DNA from: Chrysomallon squamiferum
Taxonomy: Eukaryota; Animalia; Mollusca
Direction: 5' to 3'
Length of the DNA: 64,000 bases
Assembly: GCA_012295275.1 (NCBI GenBank)
Contig: CM022673.1
Span: forward strand, 10,168,001-10,232,000
Below the pieces are notes generated by a model. It made no database searches, was not told the origin of the DNA, and saw nothing but the letters and a program-made list of their open reading frames with translations. The position numbers and the translations under genes were made by a program. Below, piece after piece: positions 15,928 through 30,503 of the stretch (positions are counted from its first letter, which is position 1; every line of letters begins with the position of its first letter).

Positions 15928-18087
15928 ACCCACGCCAGAATCTGAAAACCAGATATTCTTATTATTTATCATTAATTAATTTCTTAGTCTTACTTTTGCT
16001 ACATCTCTACAAACACTTCTAAGAAACGTATAAATATGCACACGTTCTTATAAATAATAAACATACAAGTAAAAAATCTGAGTTACTGAAAACATATTGA
16101 TACACTGGATTAAAGAATCATTAGTTTTACATCTGCGCTAAAAAAAAAAAAAACTTCATCAGCGTAATTAAACTCGGGGAAACAGTGAAAAGATTCACCT
16201 TTGCAGGTAGTGACTTGCTTTACATATTCACTTTTCACTATTTATATAATCACTAATCAATCTCTCTCTATATATATATATCTTACTGCCTTTGAATTCG
16301 TTAATCATTTTATCAGTGAACAGTTTTGTTATTACGTGCATTGGACAAAGGAGTAATGGTGCCAGCATTACATTTTATTCTGTGACCGATAAAGACAGCT
16401 GATACCTTGAATAAATAAATGGATGAATACAAATGTTTCAGAATTGACAAATATTATATTTTAACTAGTTTTCCTAAAATAAATGTAATTTTGAACTAAT
16501 AGTCTTGTCAGTATCATTTTTTTTTCCCTTAAATTTGTTTTTTGGCATAAAATAATTTGTATCAGATGGCCATATTTTTTTTTATCATATCCGCCCTACT
16601 GTAGAAATAAAAAAAATAAAAAAGAAGAATGGCAAAAAAACAGAACGAATAATGAACAACAAAAAAGAGAGATACAGAGAAAAAAATTTAAAATGAGAAA
16701 GAAAGAATATATATATAAAAAAAAAAGACAGAAAGAAATAATGAAAATAAAACATTTTAAAAGAGAGAAACAAAAAGGAATGAAAACAATTCAATAATAA
16801 TAGTAAAATAAGAAAGAACGTCTAAATAAAGTTAAAAAAAAAATAAAAAAATAAAACAACAGGCCAAAAAGACAAATATGTTTTTCAAAAAGTACATAGG
16901 TAAATGACATCACGACTTAAGTTGCTTAAAAAAGACAAAATGGCGGCATTTAAATGATTTATGACATTATTATTTTTGCTGTCATATTTTGTTATCACTG
17001 ACGATAGATCGCTGAAAGCAGTAACACTATAGCTAGGAAACATAAAGTATTTTATCAGAATTTTATTTTAAAAAGTATTTACTCCACAAGAACGCTTCGG
17101 GTTTAGAAAGAATAGAGTTTCTAATTATTTGAGTGGAAGCTGGTAATGAGAAGTGAACTCTGTACCTACCCGTCATAAAACCTAAGACTTAACTACACTG
17201 TCAGCAACGTTCAACTACACAGTGTAATAATAGTACGTGCACACATCTCTCTATTATATATATACCGAACTTTCTTATTCCCAGTACGTCACTTATTTAC
17301 GTCATCGCCTTCTATATTTGACATATCCTATTTCAGGTAAACATATATATAAATTAAAGAGAATCGTCATAGACCTATCCTCGACTGAAAGCCGAAGCTC
17401 ATTAATATGACAAACACTGTGTGCGATTCGGATAAACTATTATCCAAACGAAATTATTGATTGTCGGAAATAGGTATAATGAGAACATTGATCATCCATG
17501 ATGACCTATGTCCGTTCCAGACCTTCTGTAAATTAGTTATGAACGATGAGAGATAATCAGTTATTGTTTGACATTTTCTAAATATGGTGGGAGAAAGAAG
17601 GGAAGGCAAAGAATGAAAAGGAATAATAATAATAAAAAAATAAAAAAAGAATAACTGAGCAATTAAAAAGGAGTAGGAAGGAAAGAAAACAGAAAAGGAA
17701 AGGAAGGATGGATGAAAAAAAGGAGACGACAAAATTGATGATGAAAAGGATAAACGAGTGAAATAAGTGAACGAAGAAAGAGAGAAAGAAATAAAGACAC
17801 AGAAGCACGATTAGGATGAATAAAGTAGGAAAGAAAGAAATAATAAATAAACAAAAACAAAAATTAAAATTTAAAACAGCAATATCACTACCAACAACAA
17901 AAACAGTAATAATTTAGTAGTAGTAGTAGTAATAATTATAGTAATAGTAATACTAGTAGTAATAATCGTAGCCATAGATATAGCAGTAGTGTGGTGGCAG
18001 TAGTAATAGTAATAGAAGCAGAAGTAATGAAAGCAACGTGCCATTCGTATTTAACGAGAAGAAGTTTAATAATTAGTTAATGATTTC

Positions 18088-18177
<90 letters not shown>

Positions 18178-20773
18178 CTTCAATCTCTCAGCCTGTCTCT
18201 CCTGTCTTTGGTTCGGTCTACGTTTTTCTTCGCCATCTGGCTGTAGACTTTTTTGTTTGTGTCTTCAGCATACAGCTACAGTTTACATCCATCTCCAGCA
18301 ATCTCGCCCTAAGTAATTTCATTAGTATTATCATATTAGAGCACTTGAACGTTTAATGAAGCGAAACGAAGACAGTTGTAGATTACACTCGCCGAACGAG
18401 ACGATCATGCCCCGGACTGACGTGCACAATCAACCGAAATCAGCCGCCTTTTGTCGATTTCACGCTTACCGATCTCGCTTTGAAGTCGTCACATTTAACG
18501 TTTGTAACGGTAAAGGTTGTAGTGTCCAAAATAACAGCGAATGTCACTTGGTTTTGTGTTGACTTTATAAGATGGCGAGAGAAAAGCAACACTCGTAGTG
18601 GTAAATCCTTGTAGACTAAAATTGTTCGGGGCTAGAAAGTCTAGGTTAAACGAAAGGATAATGAGTATAATAAACTGATATCTTGTAAAAAAACAACCCA
18701 AAAAACCGTACTGGCTAAAATGGTAGAGTTGTTTTTGTATTTTTATTCTTGTAAGTATTATGTATGGTTTTTTTTTTTTTATTACGACTTTTTGGCTTGG
18801 GATTTTCATACTGGTAGGTTAATAATGAGGATTTTCTGTTTAGGATTTTAAAACTGGGATTTTAATATCAGGACTGTCACAATAAATAACAGTGAAATTT
18901 TGATTTTAGAAGTTTTTGTATAACGAGTCTCAGAATCAGATTTCTGTATCATACATTTTTGGATCTAAATTTTATAATATATATATATATTGGTATATTT
19001 TAAAGGGTTTTCTTAATTACAATTTTCAGTTTGAAACGTTTTCCTTAGAATATTATTAATAATTAAATTTGAATAAATATAAATAAACATAAATAAATAA
19101 ATAAATAAATAAATAAAATTGATATTAAAGATTTTCTGAATTGAAAAAAATTCCAGCCAATTATTGTCTTCCATTCTTCCTCTCCTTTCTCCTTTTTTCA
19201 CTCTCTCCCAAACATTTCCTGACTCTTCCCTTATTTCTTTACTCACCCCTTGTTTCTCCATCTTCATCTTCATCTTCATCTTGATTCTCTTATTTTCTCT
19301 ATTTTAACATTAACTGACAGTTCTCATACATTTTCCCTTATTTTCTTGTAATCTGGCGCAATCCCACTGCAACAAACGTGATTTCACGCCTCATTAACCA
19401 CTTGTCAGAAAAACGCATCTTCTCCAATATGACCTTTGACATACGACCCCGTTACCGACCCGTGAAATTTGATTTGTCAAACTTCGCCAACATAATAATT
19501 TATCTAGGCACTCGGTTCGTTTTCTTTTTCTTCTTTCCTTTATTAATTCTTCTTTTACTGTGGAAAAAAAAAAGAAAAAAAAAATAAGAATAAGGAAATA
19601 ACAATTAACCCGATGTTATGATTATTATTATTGCTGTTGTTGTTGTTGTTGTTGTTATTGTTATCATCTGCTTCTAGTAATATAACTACGGTGGCCACTG
19701 TTACTATTGCAGCTACTGCAACTGATGTTACAACAACAAACACCAGTACAAATAACAAACTACTACTACAACTACTACAATTATACCAACTGCAACGATT
19801 TCGATTATTAGTATCATCATAAGAGATATATTTCTAATTCTTACAAAACATACATAACGTATATTATACCATAAATAAAGGAATTAATGAGCATTTTATT
19901 TTGTTATTGTTGTTGTTTTAAATAAATAAAAAAAGTGATAATTAATCCTCGACAAGATTAACACGAAGATAAATATTCAAAATGTTGTTCTGAAATATTT
20001 TTGCACCAAAATGGAACGGATTATGCTGAAGGGTTTATGTGTATTAACACATTTTACATGTAAGAGATTAAAAGAAATGAAAACGGGTCGGATAATCTTG
20101 TTCTTTGTTTTGGCAAACAATAGATGTTGCTGAAGATTTTGTTTCCATTTGTATGTTAACGCTGTCCGCATTAAGATTAAAAATTAATTATTTACTTTTG
20201 TTTTTGATTTGTATGTGTGCATTGCTTGTACGAAGAGGACGTGTATGTATTTTGAACCTGCACCTATATTGAACTTCTGATATTTCTCAGCCTCTGATTG
20301 TTTGATGGGTATTTTGCCCATTTGAGTGATACTCGGTCGACATCGTGTATCTTGTGATATTAAAGGTAGTAGAAGGTAAACCAACGCGAAAAAGGTGAGG
20401 AAAAATCGTGCTTCGACCATTTATAGATGTTAACTTTTTGCTATTTTTGAAGGTGTGAAGTTCTGGTGGGTATATAGGTGCATATGTAGGATATTACATA
20501 TTTGCAGGTTGGTCTTTTCATATCAGGATCGAAAAAAAAGGCATCTAACATCTATCAACTACGACTAGATTAATTTTCCATTTGGACTGAGCAATGAAGG
20601 GTGGAAGTTAGGGGGTTTAGTATGCGTACACTTCCACTATCTATATATCTATATATGGTCCTGAGATGATTAGGTGTATAAATAAATGTGTACAGATATA
20701 CAGAGAAAGAAAGAGAGAGAGAGAAATCAGAAGCATAGAAACAATAAGAAATCGTGAACGAAAAATAGTTCAG

Positions 20774-20818
<45 letters not shown>

Positions 20819-21338
20819 CCATAAGTGTAAAAATATGTATGTATGTAAGTATGTATATTTGTATGTATGTTGGTATGTGTGTATGAATGAATAACTGGTT
20901 ACTGTCTTAAGATACCAGCTTCATCCAGCGAACGTACGAATGCCGGTTTACAAAAATTAAATAAAATTAACGTTTTATTTCTCAAGTGACGCTATCGACA
21001 GTAGCAGATTCAAGGGTATTGATTTCCTTACCTCTATACATCGATACCAAATATCTGTTATTTAACAACATTTAAAACAGAAAGAAAAGCAACCTGTTCT
21101 CAACACGGTCTAAACAAGCAGTTAAACGCCAGTGAACACACTTTGAACTACTTATATACGTCAATAACAAGTAATTTATTGACGTAGCTACAGTTCTGTT
21201 CCAAAACGCTGTTTCTGGTCAATACCCGAGATGTGGAAATCGTCACTACGTACAGTGATTGCAAAATATATAAATAAATAAGTAAGTAAATTCATTGTCT
21301 CGTTAATCCATTTCTCCAACATAAACACACACATACAC

Positions 21339-21432
<94 letters not shown>

Positions 21433-21952
21433 TGTTTTTTCAATACGTTAAATAATGCACGACAAACTTTGAACGATTACTAAATTTCGAAAATAAATAA
21501 ATAAATAAATAATAAAAGAAAAAAAAAAAAAGAAGAAACACTGCCTATATCAGGTTCACGTGATGTGTCGATTTCAACAGTTCTCTTGTCAACACACAAG
21601 TCCATTTCAATAACAATCTCACAGCGAGGCGTCGCGATGATTTCCGAATTTCCTTGACTGAAACGATTTGTCCGTGATCTCTTTTAGCAGCGCCTTCTGG
21701 GCACGTTTCGGTCACTTTGCGGCCACTTTAGGAAAATCATGGGACCATTTATACTAAAAGCTTCAATATAAGATCGTAATGAAATGAGAGGCATTTGAAT
21801 TGGCGTCGCTCGAACGGCTAAATAACATTTCATTGGTTTTTATTCGAATATTTACGGTTCGGTCTTTTGAGAAACGTAGGCCGCGTTCGTTTCGATCTGC
21901 ATTAGTTTTCAGTGTGTGAATGTCTCGAGCTAGTTCATACTGTTCCTTGTCT

Positions 21953-21993
<41 letters not shown>

Positions 21994-22784
21994 GTGTGTT
22001 TGTGTGTGTGTATGTATGTATGTTTGTTTGTTTTTTTTCTTCTGAAGGACTGAATATATGAAGAATCGCGATGAAATTAAAAATTCTAGTCAAAGTAATG
22101 GCGATACTGTGCATTATTAATTCATATGAGCAAGTGAGTAATTTTTATAACTAAAACGATAAATTTCACTGAGATTTTTATGAATATATCACACAAAGAT
22201 TAATTCATCCATACAACAAACATCCATTTAGAAATACAAAAAAAAAAAAAAAAAAAAAAAATACTTTAAAGCTTTTTGCGAAACAAACTTTCAAGGATGG
22301 GTTTGTGTTGACGTCATATCTTTTATTCCGTCAGATAAACATCGATTCTGGCCGATTTCAAAGAATTAAATGTTTGCATGTCAAGTTACTAAAAGCTGTT
22401 AAAAATAAACGTCATTTTATTGATAGTTTCTTACTCCCCTTTATCGTATTATATTTTCGCCACATCTGATTGGTTAATCCTCGCGTGCTCTAAATTAACT
22501 ATGCAGTGACGAAATAAACAGCCACGCCGTTATTATGACGTCAGTACAAGATTTATATACGTTCTCGGGCAATGGTGATTTTTTTTTTTTTTTTTTTCTT
22601 CTTTTTTTTTTTTTTGTTTCTTTTTTTATTATTATGATTATTCTTATTTTTTCCTTCTTTTAATTGTCTGTTTCTTCCAAGTTTTACGAATTGAAATCAC
22701 ACGCAAACCTGTAAAATACTCATCTGTTCATCGCGTTATCATTTCATTTCAGAAGAGATATAAATCGCAGCATTGATTCTGTTA

Positions 22785-23020
22785 CTTCCAAACCATGAAA
22801 CACAATTTACGATTATATATTTTCTAATCTGACGGAAAGTATTTAATATTATGTCTATGTTGTTGTTTTTTCTTCTTGTTTTTGTTTTTTTTTTTTTTCC
22901 CTGCTATACTAATATTATAAAACACATAGATAGATTCCCTTTCTTCCAAACCATGAAACACAATTCAAGATTATTTATTTTCCAGTCTGATGTAAAGTAT
23001 TTAATATTATGTCTATGTTT
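22785..23020. repeat. Short direct duplication, ~77 bp, offset 158 bp
   Basis: CTTCCAAACCATGAAACACAATT...AAGTATTTAATATTATGTCTATGTT starts at 22785 and at 22943. Confidence 0.9.
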
Positions 23021-23077
23021 TTTTTTTTTCTCATACTATTTTTACAAAACACAGCATCAGCAGAAATAGTAGTAATT

Positions 23078-23153
<76 letters not shown>

Positions 23154-23303
23154 AACAGTAATAGTAATAGTTGAACACTATTATTGTATGTTGAATATTC
23201 CGAACAGCAGAAATATGATGTCTTACAGTTTTCTGTTTGTTTTGCATAGACTAATTTTATGTACAAAATAGTTTAAAATATATTTTCATTTTTAGCACAC
23301 ACC

Positions 23304-23416
<113 letters not shown>

Positions 23417-23600
23417 TTTTTTTTCTTACTTTTATTAGAAATCCGTTGGGAAATAATTAGAGATGCTGTTTTCAACAGTGTTGACTTGGGATTTGCTAGA
23501 CTGTCACATTTTTCCGGTTTCTGTTTTTCATTTCGTATTTTTAGTCCTTATGACGAAGATAAGAACAATACTTAACAGACCTTTTATTCTTATTTCGCTA

Positions 23601-23656
<56 letters not shown>

Positions 23657-23898
23657 GAATTAATGGGTTCATTTGTTTGTGTAAATATGTGTGTGCATGA
23701 TTCTGTGCTTGCATGCGTGTGGATGGAGTATAAGGCGGTGTTTTCTTTCTTTGTTTCCTTCCCTTTTTTTTGTTTTTCCTTAAGATATGCCTTTTGTGGA
23801 ATTATCTAAGGTTATTTGTATTTTTTTATTATTATTTTATTCGATTTTCTTCATTATTTTCTTATAATATATTTCATTTAATTTTGTTTTATTTCATT

Positions 23899-23965
<67 letters not shown>

Positions 23966-24795
23966 TTTCAAATCAGAACTAGTCTAACATTTCGATATAT
24001 TTCTTGCTTTTTGTGTCCCCACATATATTAAGTTTTCAACTTTTATTATGTTATTGTTATTATTATCACTATTATTATCATCATCATCATCATCCTAATC
24101 ATCATCATCATTATTTAGCGTAAAGAAAAACAACTGTTGAGTGACTGTTGAAGACACATCCAAACACATGGTAAAATAGTACTGAGATGTCATATGACAA
24201 TCACGTGACAGTTTCAAGATAGCCGATTGCAACTTAGAAATGCATTCAGGAAGTCTCATGATTCAAGTGCCGAGTTCAAAACATGAAAAACTGGCATTAA
24301 GATCTTTTAAGGACTTTGAGAATTTATAAAACAAGAAGTTGAAGATAATAATTATAGTCCAGCGCTCACTCTCACCTGATGTTTTATTTTCTTCCGAACT
24401 GCACAGAGAAATAAATAAGTAAATAAATAAATAAATTAATTAATTAATTAATTAATTAATTAAATAAACAAACAAACAAATAAACAAACAATAAAATAAA
24501 TTATGTGATCAGTTCACATGCAGTTTCTAAAGCAGATAATGATTTCTCATCGACTAACTCCAGCACGTAAAATAAATAAATAAATATTATCAATAATATA
24601 TTTCTGTATTTAAAGGAAATAATAAAATACATATATATATAATGGTTTATTTACCTTTAAATACAATTTGTTTTTTTGATAATGTGATTTTATACATACT
24701 ATGTACATATATATATATATATATAATATACATACAGATATATATATGCATTCATACATACATACATATATATATATATATATGGAGTGTAAGGC

Positions 24796-24840
<45 letters not shown>

Positions 24841-24964
24841 ATACCAATACAGCCACTATCATCATACAAACCTCTGGGATAGAAAACTGATGACTTCGCC
24901 GACTTCGACTAAGAAAACAAAATTGCATGGCCTCAGGCTTTTAAGACTTTGTGTCCTAGCAACT

Positions 24965-25028
<64 letters not shown>

Positions 25029-25032
25029 AACA

Positions 25033-25069
<37 letters not shown>

Positions 25070-25129
25070 TTACCACTACTACTGTTACTAGTATTACTAC
25101 CATAACGTACACGATCACTACTGCTACTG

Positions 25130-25173
<44 letters not shown>

Positions 25174-25287
25174 GTTATTACTACTACTATTATTGCTAAT
25201 GTTACTACTTCTATTATTACTATTGCTGCTGTTGCTGCTACCACTAATACCAATACTAATAATACGAGAATTATTACCTGTTTCTTC

Positions 25288-25324
<37 letters not shown>

Positions 25325-25486
25325 GTTGTTGTTGTTGTTGTAGTTGTTATTGTTGAAGTCGTCGATGTTTTTAAATTCATTTTATTTACATTTTACTTCA
25401 TTCATTAATTCGTTCATTAATTTTGTCAGTATTTTATATCTTGCAAGAATGACAAAGGAGAAAACAAATCAGAGGATTGGTCATCA

Positions 25487-25817
25487 TTTTATTGTTTATT
25501 AAAACAATAAATAACTGATTCGCGTGCTGTCGGAATCAAAACTAATTACTGTGAGTATTTGGAGAAGGCTAATTACGACTCATAATTGTCTTTCTCTTGC
25601 CCGAAGCTGTTAACTCAGGTGGAAGCCAGTCTCCGATTCATTAAGTTCCACGAAAATTTATTCCGCTTGTTGTTTATTCTGACTTTGACGGTTTGTCGTT
25701 CTGTGTGCCGCTTCTGTCACTTCTCTCCTCTGATTTATAATGTTTTACTCGGCATAAAAACGAGATACGAGAACCGTAGAGCGGAGACGAGACTTTCCGT
25801 TTGACTCCAGACGAAAG
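25487..25817 (+). promoter_or_regulatory. Putative promoter and non-coding exon 1 of peptide precursor gene P1
   Basis: TTTATAA at 25734 and CATAAAA at 25753, then a strong donor AAAG|GTAAGT (GT at 25818). The block recurs nearly identically upstream of P2. The P1 ATG is preceded by an acceptor (TTCTAG ending 28480), which requires an upstream exon. Confidence 0.7.
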
Positions 25818-26444
25818 GTAAGTAAGTAGCTTGTGCTGTTTTCAGTTCTACTCACAATGTATTACGACATGCGAGAAGGTTTTCTTCGTTTTAGCTTTCT
25901 TTTTGCGTGTGTTCAAAAAATTTGTTGAGAGACAGAGAATAGGTAGAAAGACACAGAGATAGGCAGGCAGACGGATAAAATAGAATGACCGACAGAGATA
26001 GATATCTGAACACATAAAAATCAGTTAGATAGATAGATAGATATATAGATAGATAGACAGACAGATATATAGACAGATAGATATATAGACAGAGAGACAG
26101 ACAGACTGATAGATAGATAGATAGATGGACACATATAGATATATGCATAGATAGATACAAAGATAGACAGAGCCTCAGCCATAGAGGTAAACAGACAATC
26201 AGACAAATAGAGAGATACTCAGACAAACAGATATACTGACTAGCAGACATAGTTAGATACAAATACAGACAGAGAGATAGTCAGTGGGACAGACAGACAG
26301 ATAGAGAGATAGATATTCTTATGTTCATTTTAATATGTTTATGTACTAGTTTTCTCTTCCTTTAGTTTCTTAGTTTTATATTGTAAAGCACCTTTGAACA
26401 TATGAAATACGTAAAGTGTGAAAAATTAATATTACAGAATGATG

Positions 26445-26484
<40 letters not shown>

Positions 26485-26890
26485 GGACAACAAGAACAAG
26501 AACAGTAGTAACAATAATATCAGTAGTAGTAGTAGTAGTAGTAATAGTAGTAGTAATAGTAATAGTAGTAGTAGTAATAATAATAATAACAACAATGACA
26601 ATAGATGTTACAAATGTATAAATTGAAATGGTCTTTACCTCTTCGAAATTCCAAGCAAAAGAAATTATTTAACTGGACAACGTATGCAAATATCTAAATT
26701 TCAGAATTATAAAACTAAAAGTCACAAAACTGTGGCACTGGTAAGAAAATCTGTCTTTAATCTGTATATGTAATGAATAGTACGGGATCCGATAAACGAT
26801 TTATTAAAACTCGTTACAGAACGAAATCGTTGTGTTATTATATTTCACTAGATATCATCACAGATATTAAAGATTTACAAGAAAATAATA

Positions 26891-27217
26891 CAGGTACCGG
26901 ACCAATTATCCGGATCCCTGAAATCCGGAAAGACCAGAAAACCGGAAGTTTTTTCCATGACGCTATTTTCAAAGTTCGCGCGCGCGGGTGTTGTCCTCAC
27001 CAGACTGGAACTACTCTTTCAAGCCGCGTGGCGTTCATTCACTCGCCGTATTATTTACGTGGTGAGTCGCCACAGTTGTGTATCGTCAGTTTTTTTTATG
27101 TTTTAAATTTTAAAATGTTTATGCCTAATTATTTACGTATTTAGATGCCTTGGTACCAGAAAACCGGAAAATCCAGAAAAATCGCAATGCCTCAGGCCCC
27201 AAGGAGTCCGGTATCTG
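26891..27217. mobile_element. Tc1/mariner-pogo (Tigger-like) MITE in the P1 intron
   Basis: TA|CAGGTACCGGAC ... GTCCGGTATCTG|TA: terminal inverted repeats with TA target duplication; internal CCAGAAAACCGGAA repeats; no transposase. Confidence 0.8.
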
Positions 27218-28162
27218 TAACGTTACAAAAGACTAAATACGGACTGATAGTTTCTCTAGCTGAAACTTTATATCTGATCGGAATAGTCCGTGCGTGATGA
27301 CGTCAGAACTACTGAAAAATGGCGACGCCAGGATATATTTTTTAAATGTTTGCGTATTCATGAAAATTAGACGACAAAATCGAATAAAACACAAAATAGA
27401 AATATGCAAGATATAATTAAGACGATTTCTTCTTTTCACAAGATTTACACTTTAGACATGTTGATTGTGAAAGAGATCTTGTACCACAAAAGATTTCGTT
27501 TCTCTCATTAGAGTTTTACTAATATTACTAATTAGTTTCTCAGTTTTATGAACACTGTCAGTAATGGAATAGTATATACTACACGACGGATACACACACA
27601 CACACACGCACACACGCACACAACATAGGTACACCTACATATACAGAAAGAGAGGGACCCACACAATAACCATTGTGGATAAAACTTCATTAGCGATATT
27701 CTTGTTTATACAATTTTTAAATTTAATTATTAACCCAAACTACATTCATTGATACAAAACACACGCTCAGCTGCTGAGATGTGGAGGTATTAACATGTGT
27801 GTGTGAGACACAGAGAGAGGAAAATGTGAAAGAGATTTGTATCACTGTTGAGTTTGTTTTTGTGGTAACTCTTGCTGGATGTTTGTTTTATTTTATTTTT
27901 TTTTTTTTTTCTTCATTACAGTTTTACTACTATTGCTAATTACTTTTCAAGCTTTCTAACAGAAAGCCATACAGACTATTGTAGATAGAAATTCTTGCTT
28001 ATAAAATTTGAAAATTAAATATTAACATAAACTAATACCTCTAAACTGTTGAGATATGATAGGATTAACATGCAACTGAAATGAAGTTTTGATAATAGTT
28101 TTATATACTTTGTAATAAAATTCCTTCTAATTTATTATTATTATTATTATTTTTATTATTAC

Positions 28163-28243
<81 letters not shown>

Positions 28244-28502
28244 ACTACCCCTATTTTTTCTTTTATTTTTTTTTTTTTTTTAAATTATTTTTTATGTATT
28301 TTGTTACAATCGAGTCTGTCTAGATATTTTGCACGCAGTGAAAACACGAAGGCGAGGGACGCTTATTCTTCGATTCTGTTACTTTTCGTAAATAAAACAA
28401 AATAAACTAATGTTATGTTACGCAATGTGTTTGTGTGTGTATATTTCTTTATTAATTTCTGTACATACATTCATTTCTAGACTGGCCAAACTGTAACTCG
28501 AC

Positions 28503-28919
28503 ATGGACATCACGACGACATCCGTGACGATACTTCTAATAGTCTACTGCAGCGTCTGTTCTGTTTCTGCACATCCGTTCCTACAGTCTGATGCAAGCGA
28601 CTACGACACGGAGATGTTGATCAGTCGCTACCTCCCAGCCTTGAGCAGATACGGAGACGACGATTACTACGTCAGCGACGACATCGACGTCCCCAAACGA
28701 AGCATGCGGTCCAAGTTTTTAAGGTTCGGAAGAAATCTCGGGATTCCTGAAACGTTTTCGGAAGAGCGGAGCAGTGCAGTGGATCTGGCCAAGAGACAAA
28801 ACGGTGCGTACATCAGAATTGGCAAACTGCCTGCCTCGGTGTTCATGTATGAAGGAAGACACCCACGACACAGCAGCAGTCGTTTAAACAGGCTGGAACT
28901 CATCCGACCCGGAAAATGA
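28503..28919 (+). CDS. Neuropeptide precursor P1 (RFamide/RIamide type, 138 aa, single coding exon starting at 28481)
   Basis: Hydrophobic signal peptide ending VSA; acidic spacer; KR-SMRSKFLRF-GR, KR-QNGAYIRI-GK and C-terminal LELIRP-GK carry canonical convertase and amidation signals; GC-richer than flanks; acceptor upstream; a paralog exists at 34829. Confidence 0.92.
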   Translation: MDITTTSVTILLIVYCSVCSVSAHPFLQSDASDYDTEMLISRYLPALSRYGDDDYYVSDDIDVPKRSMRSKFLRFGRNLGIPETFSEERSSAVDLAKRQNGAYIRIGKLPASVFMYEGRHPRHSSSRLNRLELIRPGK

Positions 28920-28985
28920 GGGATCAAGCAGACTGTGTACATTGTACAGAGTCTGTTGGTGTTAAAATCATAAGATCATTGTGCA

Positions 28986-29000
28986 GATATTTGATTAAAG
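28986..29000 (+). terminator. Candidate polyadenylation signal ATTAAA (28994) of P1
   Basis: The 15-mer GATATTTGATTAAAG is conserved in the P2 3' UTR (35153-35167); both are followed by GT-rich sequence. Confidence 0.5.
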
Positions 29001-30138
29001 AAATTCTGATTTCTACTTGTTGTGTTTGTTAGTGAATGATTGCATACATACATACATACATACATGCATACATACATGCATACATGCATACATATTACAT
29101 ACATACATATATTTATACACACATACATACATACATACATTTATACATACATACATACATACATACATACATACACACACATATAAACATAACCGTATTG
29201 CCTTTGTGCATACATGTATACATACTTGCTTTATATGTAAATATATATATACTATCATGTAATTTTTATTCTTAATGTAATTTTTAATTACTTTTTGCTT
29301 TGATGGATGAAATGTCTATACCATTCAGTTGTTTTTTTAACTTTTTTATTATTAATTGCTTTTTTCATTGTTTATGATGAGAATTGTGACAATATATTGT
29401 AAAATATATACATACACACACATACGTACATACATAAGCACAATAATACATGTATACATAGACACATGAATACATGCATGCATATTTACACACATATATA
29501 GATACATGCACACATCCACGTATACAAACATACTTATATACATACTAACATAAAAAAATACTTTGATACGTACATACTCATCAATACGTATATATATATA
29601 TATATAAATAAATAAATATATATATAAATAAATATAAATATAAAAACAAACAAACAAACAAATAAATAAATATATATATATAAGTACTATAAACACTATT
29701 AATAAATATATTGTCATAATTCTCATTATAAAAAATGAAAAAAGTAATTAATAATAAAAAAATGTTTCAAAAAACTGTAATGGCATAGTCAATTCATCCG
29801 TCAAAGCAAAAAGTAATTAAAAATTACATTAAGAATAAAAATGACCTGATAATAAAAGATGTCTGTTTCATAATAATAAAAATTAGTATGGACGTTTAGA
29901 GAGACGCCTGTGTAATACGTGGCGATTGGTTTATTGATAAGATTGTTGGAAAGAATATAAAACACCGTTACACAAGCGCGGAAAAAGGGCAGTTTTAGAC
30001 AAGTGGTGTACACGAAACAGCGGATATTTTAGTCTATCTGTATATTTTACATACAGTGAAGATACCCAGGCGAGAGAATCTCATTCTTTGTTTCTATTAC
30101 TTCTATTACTTAAGTAAAACCGTGTTAAGTAAGTAATG

Positions 30139-30250
<112 letters not shown>

Positions 30251-30503
30251 GTCTGTCGCTCTCTGTCTCATCCAAGAACATGATCTCCCATTGTAGCTTG
30301 TAGCAAAAACTAAAGTTTAAAGATTTCTGAACAATCCTCTCTTAACCTGTACAAAGACACGTTTGCAGATGTTTTAAGAATCGGTTCATTAAAAGGTGAC
30401 AAAATTCTTTGGAATGTTAAGTTGTCGTTGTTTTTTTAAGCTTTCTTGAGATGTAACCTTTTTATAGATATTGAGAAATGTTTTTGAAATAGTTTGTAAT
30501 ATA

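Noticed and set aside
20184-20420. Minus-strand 78-aa ORF with a signal-peptide-like start (MVEARFFLTFFALVYLLLPLIS)
   Set aside because: No clear processing pattern, paralog or splice support; the surrounding DNA looks like the interior of a non-autonomous DNA element. Not excluded without RNA data.
21157-21186. Perfect 11-bp hairpin TACGTCAATAA / TTATTGACGTA
   Set aside because: Too short and isolated to call an RNA gene or Helitron end.
26773-27144. 123-aa ORF in the P1 intron
   Set aside because: Spans the MITE insertion; no transposase or other domain.
28667-28942. Antisense ORF over P1 (and 34870..35055 over P2)
   Set aside because: Shadow ORFs of the GC-richer coding strand.
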